Below are positions 1 through 11,553 of a DNA stretch of 64,000 nt, piece after piece. A program made the translations under genes and the position numbers. Numbering within the stretch: the stretch's first letter is position 1; every line of letters starts with the position of its first letter. The DNA is from Octopus sinensis (taxonomy: Eukaryota), in NCBI RefSeq assembly GCF_006345805.1, contig NC_043013.1:36146001-36210000 (forward strand), in the 5' to 3' direction. The notes under the pieces were generated by a model. The model was not told where the DNA came from. It did no database searches and was given only the letters and a program-made list of their open reading frames with translations.

Positions 1-57
1 TATGTATGTATACATAAGCATACGTATATACATATCTATATACATGCTCACACATCA

Positions 58-93
<36 letters not shown>

Positions 94-101
94 GTATATA
101 A

Positions 102-138
<37 letters not shown>

Positions 139-206
139 TATATATATGTATATATATACCTATATATATATTATATATATATATATATGTATATATATAC
201 CTATAC

Positions 207-238
<32 letters not shown>

Positions 239-469
239 ATACCTATACATATATATATATAGATAGATAGATATATATATAACATATACTTATATATATA
301 TATATATATATATCTATATATATATATATATATTATATATATATATATATAGATAGATATATATATATACATATATATATATATTATATATATATATACA
401 TATATATATATAATATATATATTATATATATATATATATATATTATAATATAATATATATATATATATC

Positions 470-505
<36 letters not shown>

Positions 506-514
506 ATATATATA

Positions 515-547
<33 letters not shown>

Positions 548-560
548 CTATATATAAACA
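1..560. repeat. (TA)n-rich microsatellite tract
   Basis: Nearly pure TA dinucleotides with TACA variants. Confidence 0.95.
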
Positions 561-927
561 TAATCATAGATGAATAATACATTTAGTTAGTTGTGTGTAC
601 TATATTTATGTATATATGTATATACGCGCGCGTGTGTGTGTGTGCATGCGTATGTATGCGGAGAAAATTTAAAGGGAGAAAGAGAGTTCGATTGAGGACG
701 GTGAGAGGGGAAATTGTAATTATGAATTCATAATAAATGTTTTTAAAAGACAATTAGAAATTGTTGCAAACAGAATGCAAAGCGGTTGGTGCCACGATAG
801 ACATAGTTACAACACTAAACACGACTTGATATTTAATATAGAATAAGAATGCGATCTTTTCTCTTTGTTTGATTGTATATCATAGCGATTTCCCATCACT
901 TTTAAATAATTTTGTAACACATTACAT

Positions 928-1108
928 ACGCAGGAGTGGCTGTGTGGTAAGTAGCTTGCTAACCAACCACATGGTTCCGGGTTCAATCCCACTGCGTGGC
1001 ATCTTGGGCAGGTGTCTTCTGCTATAGCCTCGGGCCGACCAATTCCCTTGTGAGTGGATTTGGTAGACGGAAACTGAAAGAAGCCTGTCGTATATATGTA
1101 TATATATA

Positions 1109-1162
<54 letters not shown>

Positions 1163-1388
1163 ATATGTTTGTGTGTCTGTGTTTGTCCCCCTAGCATTGC
1201 TTGACAACCGATGCTGGCGTGTTTACGTCCCCGTTACTTAGCGGTTCGGCAAACGAGACCGATAGAAGAAGTACTGGGCTTACAAAGAATAAGTCCCGGG
1301 GTCGATTTGCTCGACTAAAGGCGATGCTCCAGCATGGCCGCAGTCAAATGACTGAAACAAGTAAAAGAGTAAAAGAGTAAAAAGAGTA
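928..1388 (+). mobile_element. tRNA-derived SINE family A, full length
   Basis: A-box TGGCTGTGTGG, B-box GGTTCAATCC, internal (TA)n/(TG)n, tail GGCGATGCTCCAGCATGGCCGCAGTCAAATGACTGAAAC plus (AAAAGAGT)n; over 20 related copies in the window. Confidence 0.9.
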
Positions 1389-1548
1389 TACAGAAAAAGA
1401 GTAAAAAGTGTATACAGAAAGGATATAAAATAAAGGAAACTTGATCATTGAGCAGTTTATACATTCTATATTCAAGCTGTAGCTGGTTCTTACCATTATT
1501 CAAACGTGCCATACCACCTTCCATGGTATCTATTACACAGCGAAAGTA

Positions 1549-1971
1549 CTGGGTTGTCCGGAAAGTTTGTGCCGATTTTTAAAGGAAAGAAAAAGGTCAA
1601 TAAATACTTGCGATTACATTTTTAATCAACCAAATATGAACCATTTTGTTGCACAATGCCTTTCCATCTTTCCTTTAACTTGAAAATACCCGCTTCCCAG
1701 AATTGACGTGGTTTCATGGCCGAGCTGCAGCAATTTTTGTCTGGTTCCCAAAGCACCAAGTGCCGAAAATGAACTTTCCTATCTTCCACTTTAAAGGTTT
1801 ACAGAATTAACACGGGTTATAGGAACATAAATCTTCTTCCACGAAAAGATAGCTTAAACTGTGCTCTAAATAGAGGTGTAGTCAAATCCTATTTTATGGA
1901 CTCAACCATGTTCTAAAATAAGTCGAAAGGTAAGCTACTATAAATCGGCACGAACTTTCCGGACAACCCAA
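1549..1971 (-). mobile_element. Internally deleted mariner (Tc1/mariner) element
   Basis: ~30-bp TIRs (C/T)TGGGTTGTCCGGAAAGTT(T/C)GTGCCGATTT, TA on both sides; minus strand encodes a mariner-like C-terminus KPRQFWEAGIFKLKERWKGIVQQNGSYLVD*. Confidence 0.9.
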
Positions 1972-2072
1972 TATTAACGATTACTATAGAAGTCATATCA
2001 GATGTGTGTTCCCTCCAAATGCAGAAGATACTGAAGTATGTATGTTTTGATTTTATCATTCAGAAAAATGAA

Positions 2073-2392
2073 GACTCCGCCGGTTACGACGACGAGGGTC
2101 CCAGCTGATACGATCAGCAGAACAGCTTGCTCGTGAAATTAACGTGCAAATGACTGAGCATTCCACAGACACGTGTACCCTTAACGTAGTTCTCGGGGAT
2201 AATCAGCGTGACACAGAGAGTGACAAGGCTGACCCTTTGAAATACAAGTACAACTCATTTTTGCCAGCTGAGTGGACTGGAGCAACGTGAAATAAAGTGT
2301 CTTGCTCAAGGACACAACGCGTCGCCGGGAATCGAACTCACAACCTTACGATCATGAGCCGAATGCCCTAACCACTAAGCCACGCGCCCTCA
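2073..2392 (-). mobile_element. tRNA-derived SINE family B (CORE-like body)
   Basis: Head GGCGCGTGGCTTAGTGGTTAGGGC...GAGTTCGATTCCCGG followed by GTGTCCTTGAGCAAGACAC; tail shared with 32125-32260 and 40830-41005. Confidence 0.85.
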
Positions 2393-3035
2393 CTTCATTT
2401 AAAAATAAATATCAGCTAACTTATTGTTAAAAGAAAATAAGAAGGAAAAAAACAACCGTTTAGTATCTGGAAATTTTTAATGATATTCAACATGCGCTTC
2501 TAATAACAATCAACTAACAACAAATATTGTAAATTCAACGCTAATAGCAACACCATTAATATTTCAGTAACAAAAGTACACACTTTAACAAATAGTTTAC
2601 AAACACATGACAGGCATCTTAGCGGTAAATTGTAAATAGATTATACATATCCCAAAAAATTAATCGCACGTGCCATGCAATCCAGTTAAATTATTTGTGT
2701 TTTTTTTGTTGTTTTTTTTTTTACCTTTACAAATAGCTGCGTCAAGCATAACGACAAACTGCAATTTCTCAAACACAAACAGAACACCTGTATATAGTTA
2801 ATCATTATTACATTAGCATCAAATGTTATAAGTTCTTAAAAGAAAATATGAAAAAAAAATGTTAAAAAAAATCTTAATCCTAAAAGTTTTCAGGAATCTC
2901 ATCTCATCTCATGTGTTTTACATTATGTTATCAAATCTTCTCTCGATTTCTAAGTTTGCGTTATTTCGTATTTAATTAACGTAAATAAGTAACAGGTTTG
3001 GTATAAAAAAATAAAAAAATTGGTAAACACACGCA

Positions 3036-3281
3036 TACTCTTTTACTTGTTTCAGTTATTTGACTGTGGCCATGCTGGAGCACCGCCTTTAGTCGAGCAA
3101 ATCGACCCCAGCACTTATTCTTTGTAAGCCCAGTTCTTATTCTATCGGTCTCTTTTGCCGAACCGCTGAGTTACGGGGACGTAAACACACCAGCATCGGT
3201 TGTCAAGCAATGTTGGGGGGGGGGGACAAACACACACACACATACATACATACATACATACATACATACACACACACACAC

Positions 3282-3344
<63 letters not shown>

Positions 3345-3505
3345 GGCGGGCTTCTTTCAATTTCCGTCTACCAAATCCACTCACAAGGCTTTGGTCGGCC
3401 CGAGGCTATAGTAGAAGACACTTGCCCAAGGTGTCACGCAGTGGGAATGAACCCGGAACCATGTAGTTGGTAAGCAAGCTACTTACCACACAGCCACTCC
3501 TAGGC
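3036..3505 (-). mobile_element. SINE family A, full length
   Basis: Reverse-complement match to the 928-1388 copy. Confidence 0.9.
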
Positions 3506-4142
3506 ATGTTAATCTTAGAAAAATATAACTTGCGATATTAAAATCTTAGTCATTTTAGCAAATTGTGGATTTTCACAAATAAACGAAGATATCAGATGAT
3601 CACAGTGTGTGAGTTGCGGTTTTTGCATACAAGAACTCTCCTCAAGATGTGCAATAAAGTAGAAAATTCATCCTATCCACATCTGGCCTGTAACGTTTGT
3701 TTGCATGGATTTTCACTGCACTGATATTTCAGTCTTATTATTTCATAATAGCCAGCCAGTTTTGCAGTAGAGTAAGTTACGTAGGAGCCGTCTGTCTCGG
3801 GCAATACTTTAATGGGGGCCGCCCTTTTTGAGATGCTCTTTAAACCTGTATAGGACTTTTACAAAAGTGAATGGGAAAACTCGCGTGCTACCCCGGACCG
3901 CACACTCTAGCTACGCCATTGCAGTTTTGCCAAATGTACTCCAAGGCCAACGTTTTCATCGACATAAAGGTTAGTCTCATTAGTTGGTATCAGTTTTCAG
4001 TGGTGTTTCCTGTGAGCTGGTCAGATACGGACATGATTCAACGGCTGGACATGAAGATTCCAAGGGCACGAAATTCTTAGTTACAATCAACACTGAGCTC
4101 TGAAATGATTGCGATTTGTGAGATTGATTTGTTTAGGTGGTT

Positions 4143-4332
4143 CTCTCTTTTACTTACTCGTTTCAGTCATTTGACTGCGGCCATGCTGGAGCACCGCCTT
4201 TAGTCGAGCAAATCAATCCCAGGACTTATTCTTTGTAAGCCTAGTACTTATTCTATCAGTCTATTTTGCCGAACCGCTAAGTTACAGTGACGTAAACGCA
4301 CCACCATCGGTTGTCAAGCGATGTTGGGGGGA
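4143..4332 (-). mobile_element. SINE family A, 3' half
   Basis: Matches from the tail to the internal microsatellite position. Confidence 0.85.
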
Positions 4333-4729
4333 CAAACTCTCTTCCGCCCCCCACCCGTCTAAAAAATATCCTACATTATTCAGAAACCTTGCTTGCCTTC
4401 ATCAATTGTTACCACACGAGTCGGTTTGGGTTAGTAAAGCAAATGGATGTATATGATGGGACTTCTCAACCAGAATTTCCATTTGAATCGTAAGTATTCA
4501 GCTATATTTATTGGATAAGAATATCCAACAGACTAGCTTTTGTTTTTCAACGTATATGCATGAGAATTGTTCTCAAGGGGCTGCACATATTTTTAGGACA
4601 TCTTGATATACATTAAACCAAAACCAATACCTTTAAACTACTGTTAGACAAGTATCAACGATATTTCAAAGTTTTGCTATTTTGTGACAAGAAAGATTTT
4701 CCAACAAATACTTTGGAATCTGACTACAT

Positions 4730-4914
4730 ATTACTACATACATACATACATACATACATACATACATACATACATACATACATACATACATACGCACGCT
4801 CGTATGTACTTACGTACCTACCTATCTATTTACTTACCTATATACGTACATACACACATACATACATACATACACACATACATACATACATACATTGATA
4901 CATGCATACATACA

Positions 4915-4946
<32 letters not shown>

Positions 4947-5130
4947 CACATACATACATGCGTACATACATGCATACCTACGTACATAAATACATGCATA
5001 CATGCATTCATCCATTTATCCATCCGTCTATACACACATACGCACACACATAGATACGCACACATATATAGTGTGTGTGTACGTGTGTGTGTGTGTTTGT
5101 GTATGCTGTTTATACATCATGTGTATACAT
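4730..5130. repeat. (TACA)n/(CA)n microsatellite
   Basis: Tandem TACA units. Confidence 0.95.
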
Positions 5131-6334
5131 ATCAATCTTGTGCTAGGAGTACAATACAAGAAGCTCTGGCTCTGAGACATTACATTCACAACATTTTCTT
5201 TCTTTACTAAGCTAAAACATTTGCTTCAGCACTGCTTTATTACCAACTTTTTCTATATTTCATTTTTAACAGAACAAAATAGTCAAGAGAGTAAAAGTGT
5301 TCCTTTTCAAAGTTACACATATCTTAGACAGATTACTCTTTGCGAAGCGTTTCTACTGTTTATTGAAGTCAGCTGGAATGTTTCAACACAACGACTTTCT
5401 TACACGAAGGCAAAAAATTAAAATCGCAAAACCAACTTCGAAGAGTGAATGGTCAAAAATATAACCATCAACACTTAAAGCTGGATAAAGGACTATATGG
5501 TGAAATATATACAGGCATGATGAAATATTTACAGAGAAGCGTATATATACAGACGAAGCCTGTTAGGAAAAGAAGCAAAAATGATGGAAAAAATCATTTT
5601 GCAATCATTTTTTAAAACCACAAAGCTTCCTTGCTGTTCTATACAAAACACATTGTCATCTCCCTAGGATCTGTAGTTTCAGATCAGAGAAAACCTATCT
5701 AGCGATTTGAAGCATCTAGATGATTTTGTCATTGATTTTAGTGATGCCGTCGTCAATTTGTGTCATGTTGGTGCTGAAGACAAGATTTTGGCAATGGATG
5801 AGGACGAATTGCATAAATGTAACTTGCTTTATATTAGCCAGCCGCGAAGGAGCAAGCCAATTACTGAGGTTCAACATTCGATTTACTGCTGAGAGTGAAG
5901 CTAAACTATTCGATGATCAAAATCTGCCTTCGGAAAACTGATGATAGTGTTCAGAGCTAAAAAAAAAAAAGTGAAATATTCTTTCTTAATGCAACAAGGG
6001 AAACTAAAATGATAAGCACTCTGCTGGCTGAAGTAAGGACTCATGAGAAAATAGCCTTGGAAGATGCAGCTTCTATTTCCCGCAAGAAAACCTTTCACAG
6101 TACATACAAATTGGTAGTGAACTTCTTCATAGAAATGCTAAAACAGAAATCGATGATAATTTATTGTAAGTGTATTGTGCACCATAAAGTTGCTGTTGAA
6201 GCTGAAGATCAAACTCAAGAGTTCTTATTGGAATACATTGTTCTTTCAGAATTGTAATAATAGTCTTAGGAAGACATTCTCTTCAGACACTTCAAGTTAT
6301 TCCAAAAGAAACAGGGTAAAGAGTAAAGACCCCA

Positions 6335-6633
6335 CTTCGGTCATCAATGACCATAGGATTGCACCAAGAAAGTTACTCTCCGAAGTATAAGTCCGGGCAA
6401 GATTGTTTATGGAAGACCAGCAGTCGACCAGGCATACCAGCCTCCACTTTCCACACCACCAATGTTATCTAAGGGAAAGACAAAGGCCGATACAGCTTGG
6501 CACTAGTGATGTCGTAACTCATTTCTGCAGTTGAGTTAATAGGAGCAACGTGAAATAAAGTGTCTTGCTGAAGAACACACCTCACAGCCCGATCTGGGAA
6601 TCGAACTCACTACCTCATGATTGTGAGACCGAT
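6335..6633 (-). mobile_element. SINE with family-B-type head/core and an alternative tail
   Basis: Plus strand GGAGCAACGTGAAATAAAGTGTCTTGCT...GGGAATCGAACTCAC matches the 2280-2345 core; the downstream tail differs. Confidence 0.75.
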
Positions 6634-6772
6634 CAAATCAAAGTCTGCGTGAAATCATTGCGTTTGTAGAGGAATGCTGAGTTACAGTTCCATATTTAAG
6701 AGATGAGGAATTATGTACATTATTTACATCATTTACATTTGACGTATATTTGTCATCATCTTTTTTGTTGTT

Positions 6773-6818
6773 AACACAACGTTTCGGCTGATATACCCTC
6801 CAGCCTTCATCTGGTGTC
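6773..6818 (-). ncRNA. Hammerhead motif, inverted copy with mutated core
   Basis: Same layout as 7075-7120 but the core reads CAGATGA (U4 to A). Confidence 0.7.
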
Positions 6819-6946
6819 TTGGGAAAATTTCGAAACTGGGTTCTCATTCTTAAGGTATTTTTCGAGGATGTTATTATTATGGTGTAGTGGTTAAGAGCGC
6901 GGGCTACTAACCCCAAGATTCCGAGTTCGATTTCAGGTAGTTACAT

Positions 6947-7024
<78 letters not shown>

Positions 7025-7074
7025 GCATCGAAAAATACCTTAAGAATGAGAACCCAAGTTCGAAATTTCCCCAA

Positions 7075-7120
7075 GACACCTGATGAAGGCTGGAGGGTAT
7101 ATCAGCCGAAACGTTGTGTT
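7075..7120 (+). ncRNA. Minimal type I hammerhead ribozyme motif (PLE-type)
   Basis: GACAC-CTGATGA-A-GGCTG(10 nt)CAGCC-GAAAC-GTT-GTGTT: 5-bp stem I, 5-bp stem II, loopless palindromic ACGT stem III. Confidence 0.8.
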
Positions 7121-7454
7121 AACTACAAACAAGATGAGGACAAATATCTGTCAAATGTAAATAAGGTGAATGCTGAATTGTTTTAAAATGGAAGAAAGTA
7201 TGAGTTACAATTACGAAGACTGACGCGTGGTTGCCCTTGTTACAAGAATTTGGAACGTGGAGAAGGAATTGATGTACCTGAATAAAGTAGGGAAATATCT
7301 ATTATCGACATTAGCCAATTGTCATCATCTGACGAGAAACAAAAATATGAAGTCTTTCTCCGCACTCAAAAGGAGCTGCTACAATCATAAATGGCTCTGA
7401 GCAAAAGGCAAAACTTACTCCCTCCCCACTAATCAGTAAAGTAGTTAATATGAC

Positions 7455-7612
7455 CACTGAGTAAATTGTTTGTGGCTTCCCAACCACATGGTTCAGGTTT
7501 CTGTCCCACTCCGTGGCACTTTGGATATATAACTTTTGTTATAGCCTTGGGCTGACCAAAGTCTTGTGAAGGTATTTGGTAGGCGGAAACTGAAAGAAAC
7601 CATTCGTATATA
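7455..7612 (+). mobile_element. SINE family A, diverged 5' half
   Basis: CCAACCACATGGTTCAGG...GGAAACTGAAAGAAACC. Confidence 0.75.
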
Positions 7613-7771
7613 TATGCATGTATATAAAATTATAATTAAGGGTGTCTAAGAGATACCGCCATGCTAGATATAGCAGCCAAAACTTGGCTCTAAACCACAC
7701 CAAATGTTCATACAGCACAAAGAGAGAAGACAAAGAGACAAAATGAATTAGCAAAAATAAATATATAAATT

Positions 7772-7805
<34 letters not shown>

Positions 7806-7857
7806 TGTATTATGTATATGTATGTGTATGTATTATGTATGTATGTATGTATGTATG

Positions 7858-7900
<43 letters not shown>

Positions 7901-7949
7901 TATTTTTTCCAGTTCAGCTCTTGAGCTGTGGCCATGCTGGGGCACCGCC

Positions 7950-8026
<77 letters not shown>

Positions 8027-8152
8027 ATATCTATACATACAATTGAAAAATAAAATGAAATCTTTATAAGAATTTATCGATGACTTAACGTGAAAAACCT
8101 CATAAGGGAAAAATCTATCAATTATTCCTGTTAAATATATTTATTTATATTA

Positions 8153-8553
8153 AGGGCATTGCTATACATAAACGCCTCACGCTAGGAGGGACTGTTACAG
8201 TCAAAACTACCATAATAAATAAACACATTGTACCGAACTCGAGGGAATGCAACTCTCGAAGCGAGAATTTTAAAAACAGAATTCAGCTGCAGATCATATG
8301 ATTTCATAATTAGTGCACAAAATGCACTTTTTAATCGTCAGTGCAAGCATAATTCAAGATACTTAAAAATGAACAAAAATCAACATACCAGACGAACAGC
8401 AAATGTATCCAGCATAGTACATAGAATTGTTCACACTTATGTATCTATGTAAAAGGCGGGCTTTTCGAATTGCAGCAATGTGCTTATTTGTTATGATAGT
8501 TTTGACTCTAAGAGTCCCTCCTAGCGTGAGGCATCTATGTATAGTAATGCCCC
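8153..8553. mobile_element. MITE with ~78-bp TIRs, TA-flanked
   Basis: Arms 8153-8230 and 8476-8553, (A/G)GGGCATT...GCCTCACGCTAGGAGGGACT...GTCAAAACTA; TA on both sides; no coding capacity. Confidence 0.85.
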
Positions 8554-8569
8554 TAATATATATATATAA

Positions 8570-8705
8570 ATGTGTGTGTATCTGTGTGTGTTTGGCCCCG
8601 TCCTCACCGCTTCGCAACTGGTGTTGGTGTGTTGCTTACGTTCTTGTAACTTAACGGTTCAGCAAAAGGAACCAACAAAAATAATATCAGGCTTTAAAAA
8701 CAAAG
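8570..8705 (+). mobile_element. SINE family A, diverged 3' fragment
   Basis: TGGTGTTGGTGTG...GTAACTTAACGGTTCAGCAAAAG. Confidence 0.65.
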
Positions 8706-8751
8706 ACACATATATATTGTCGGTCACACATGATGATGATGATGATGATAT

Positions 8752-8800
<49 letters not shown>

Positions 8801-8804
8801 TATA

Positions 8805-9111
8805 CATCATCATGTGACTGACCAGGCTATCAGATGTTGCTACACATCGCTGGTCACAATGCGCTTCGCATTGTTTTAGCCTTCAAATGAAGGCCACCCC
8901 GCTGGCTAAGCGAGCAGGCCAACAGAAGAAAGAGTGAGAGAAAGTTGCGGCGAAGAGTACAGCAGGGGTCGCCACCACCCCCTACCGGAGCCTCGTGGAG
9001 CTTTTTGGTGTTTTGGCTCAATAAACACACACAACGCCTGGTCTGGGAATCGAAACCGCGATCCTACGACCGCGAGTCCGCTGCCCTAACCACCGGGCCA
9101 TTGCGCCTCCA
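8805..9111 (-). mobile_element. tRNA-derived SINE family D
   Basis: Head GGAGGCGCAATGGCCCGGTGGTTAGGGC...GGTTTCGATTCCC; head and body match 32280-32460. Confidence 0.85.
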
Positions 9112-9115
9112 CACA

Positions 9116-9160
<45 letters not shown>

Positions 9161-9204
9161 AATGTGTGTGTGTGTGTGTGTGTATGTACATATATATATA
9201 TATA

Positions 9205-10305
9205 TGTTAATAAAATAGAACATATGCATATATATAAACATATATGTACGTACCTACCTCTACATGTACATATACACGCATATATGTGTACAGGACACCA
9301 AAAAGACGTCGAACACATAGAGAGACGAAAAACATAGACACAAACCAAGGAACAAGACAAGCAAAAAAAGAGATACAGGACAATAAGCACAACGAAAAAT
9401 CCCCTTCTTCAGTCGCTAAGGTTTCATCTACTAAACGTTTCGAAGGATAAAAGCGAGACGTATACTTCGAAGAAACTTCCTTCCTGCGAAAAGCCAATCA
9501 ATTAAAATTCTGAGATCTTTTCGCAGAGGGTAAAAAAAGCAAGACGGTAACGACAGTACAAACATATAAACAGTAAAAAAATATATATATAAACAGTGGA
9601 AAAATAAATATATAACAGTGAGAGACAGGACAAGGAGAACAATATAAGAAGGGCTGTTAACGCCAGACGAAAAAAGTATTGCAAACGCTGGATTAGTGGA
9701 CGACGAGAGAGAAAGAATGTCGACCAGTAGCCTTAGAGGCGGGCGAGAAAAGACAGGATAGCAGTTACGACGGAAGTATCGTCGCAGATGGACGACGGGA
9801 ATGGGGGAGGAGGAGCAAGAGGAAGAGAGAGAAGAAGGGGAATGGTGCGAGGAGACCATGAAGAACGGTGAGGGGAGAGAGAGAGGAAGAGACAAGTTAA
9901 GTGAGGGAAAAAAGACGAAAAAGGAATGGGAGAGAAAGAAAGAAAGATGCAGAGTCGCGTGAGAGTTAATATCAAGCTAACTTGATAAACAGAACAATCT
10001 TACTTAATAGGGTGCGTGCGTTTAGTCGTATAATATGTTAATAAAATAGAACATATGCATATATATAACATATATGTACGTACCTACCTCTACTGTACAT
10101 ATACATACACGCATATATGTGTACAGGACACCAAAAAGACGTCGAACACATAGAGAGACGAAAAACATAGACACAAACCAAGGAACAAGACAAGCAAAAA
10201 AAGAGATACAGGACAATAAGCACAACGAAAAATCCCCTTCTTCAGTCGCTAAGGTTTCATCTACTAAACGTTTCGAAGGATAAAAGCGAGACGTATACTT
10301 CGAAA
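9205..10305 (-). mobile_element. Unclassified non-coding repeat with a direct-repeated ~270-bp terminal unit containing hammerhead-like segments
   Basis: 9205-9471 is repeated at ~10025-10305; a diverged homolog lies at 59800-60150; 10-bp hairpin CTGCGAAAAG/CTTTTCGCAG at 9484-9526. Confidence 0.7.
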
Positions 10306-10660
10306 TATATAAATGTGTGTGTGTATATATATATAAATGTGTGTGTGTGTGTGTGTGTGTATGTGTGTATATATATATATATATATAAAAGTGGATATGT
10401 TTATCGCAAGCATTCCAAACATTCCAGAAAACCCATTTCGAATTTAAAGGTCTGCATTTCCTTCTTAGTAATATGTGTTTTGCCTCGTCTGTCAACAAAC
10501 CCTCATGTGCTGGTTTCACAAATGAAGGATCACTGTTTTTGCCCATAGTCAGTTAGTTATATGTTACTGCGCCACGAGACGGAACACAAAATTCCTCTCT
10601 AGCTATGTGTGTGTGTGTGTGTGTGTGTGTGTTGTGTGTGTAGTGTGTGTGTATGTGCGT

Positions 10661-10692
<32 letters not shown>

Positions 10693-10969
10693 GCTTCACA
10701 AAAGAAAGCAAATAATATTGTTTATAAAGAAGGCTTTTGATGCAATGGAAGTAAATGGTTTAATGACATTCATTCACCGGAACGTTCATTACCTGACTCT
10801 TCACCTCAGGCATCAACGGGTATATATTTACGCGGTGACATTACGTACGAACATATGTACATACGCACGCACACACACACACGCACACACGCAACACACA
10901 CACACACACACACACACTTGCACATACACATTATTCATCCAATACACAAGCATATGCATATCTATCTCC

Positions 10970-11008
<39 letters not shown>

Positions 11009-11034
11009 TATATATATATATTATATATATATAT

Positions 11035-11076
<42 letters not shown>

Positions 11077-11284
11077 TATATATCAATATATATACAATAG
11101 CCAAGACAATAACAATCGATCTGAGTTTCGGATGCCGAAGTGGAAATCCACAACACCATCCCTTCGGTTATCTGGCTATCTGTATGTATGTATGTATGTA
11201 TGTATGTAGTATGTATATATATATATATTATATTATTATATATATATACATACATACATACAAACATACATATATACATATATA

Positions 11285-11338
<54 letters not shown>

Positions 11339-11453
11339 ATATATATGTATATATATGTATGTATATATATATATGTATATATATATATAATATAAATGTA
11401 TATATATATATACATACATATATACATACATACATACACACAACACATATATA

Positions 11454-11553
11454 NNNNNNNNNNNNNNNNNNNNNNNNNNNNNNNNNNNNNNNNNNNNNNN
11501 NNNNNNNNNNNNNNNNNNNNNNNNNNNNNNNNNNNNNNNNNNNNNNNNNNNNN
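11454..11553. other. Assembly gap (100 N)
   Basis: Run of N; the true size is unknown. Confidence 1.

Larger units (their letters stand above)
6681..7167 (+). mobile_element. Non-autonomous Penelope-type element: inverted terminal arm + tRNA-like head + (AAT)n + HHR-bearing terminal arm
   Basis: Arms 6731-6880 and ~7012-7162 are highly similar inverted copies; GAATGCTGA direct repeat at 6672-6680 and 7168-7176; A-box TGGTGTAGTGG and B-box GAGTTCGATTT at 6880-6933. Confidence 0.8.
5150..7440 (+). pseudogene. Decayed Helitron RepHel (PIF1-like helicase region), interrupted by later insertions
   Basis: Collinear frameshifted pieces resembling Helitron motifs: FASALLY, LRSVSTVY*SQLECF, LRRVNGQ, EDKILAM, EIFFLNATRETKMISTLLAEVR (degenerate Walker A region), KKTFHSTYKL, VAVEAEDQT, LQTLQVIPKET, KVCVKS, YNHKWL. 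Confidence 0.75.

Noticed and set aside
3780-3925. CAATGGCGTAGCTAG-type transposon end
   Set aside because: No matching second TIR or TSD found.
6878-6945. Functional tRNA gene (anticodon ACT)
   Set aside because: No acceptor stem and a weak anticodon stem; treated as a SINE head. Other SINE heads likewise.
10390-10546. Minus-strand peptide MGKNSDPSFVKPAHEGLL...
   Set aside because: No splice signals or recognisable family; it runs into microsatellite.
11110-11180. Minus-strand GGATG...CATCC-GAAAC hairpin as a hammerhead
   Set aside because: Core box absent and no valid NUH/stem III.
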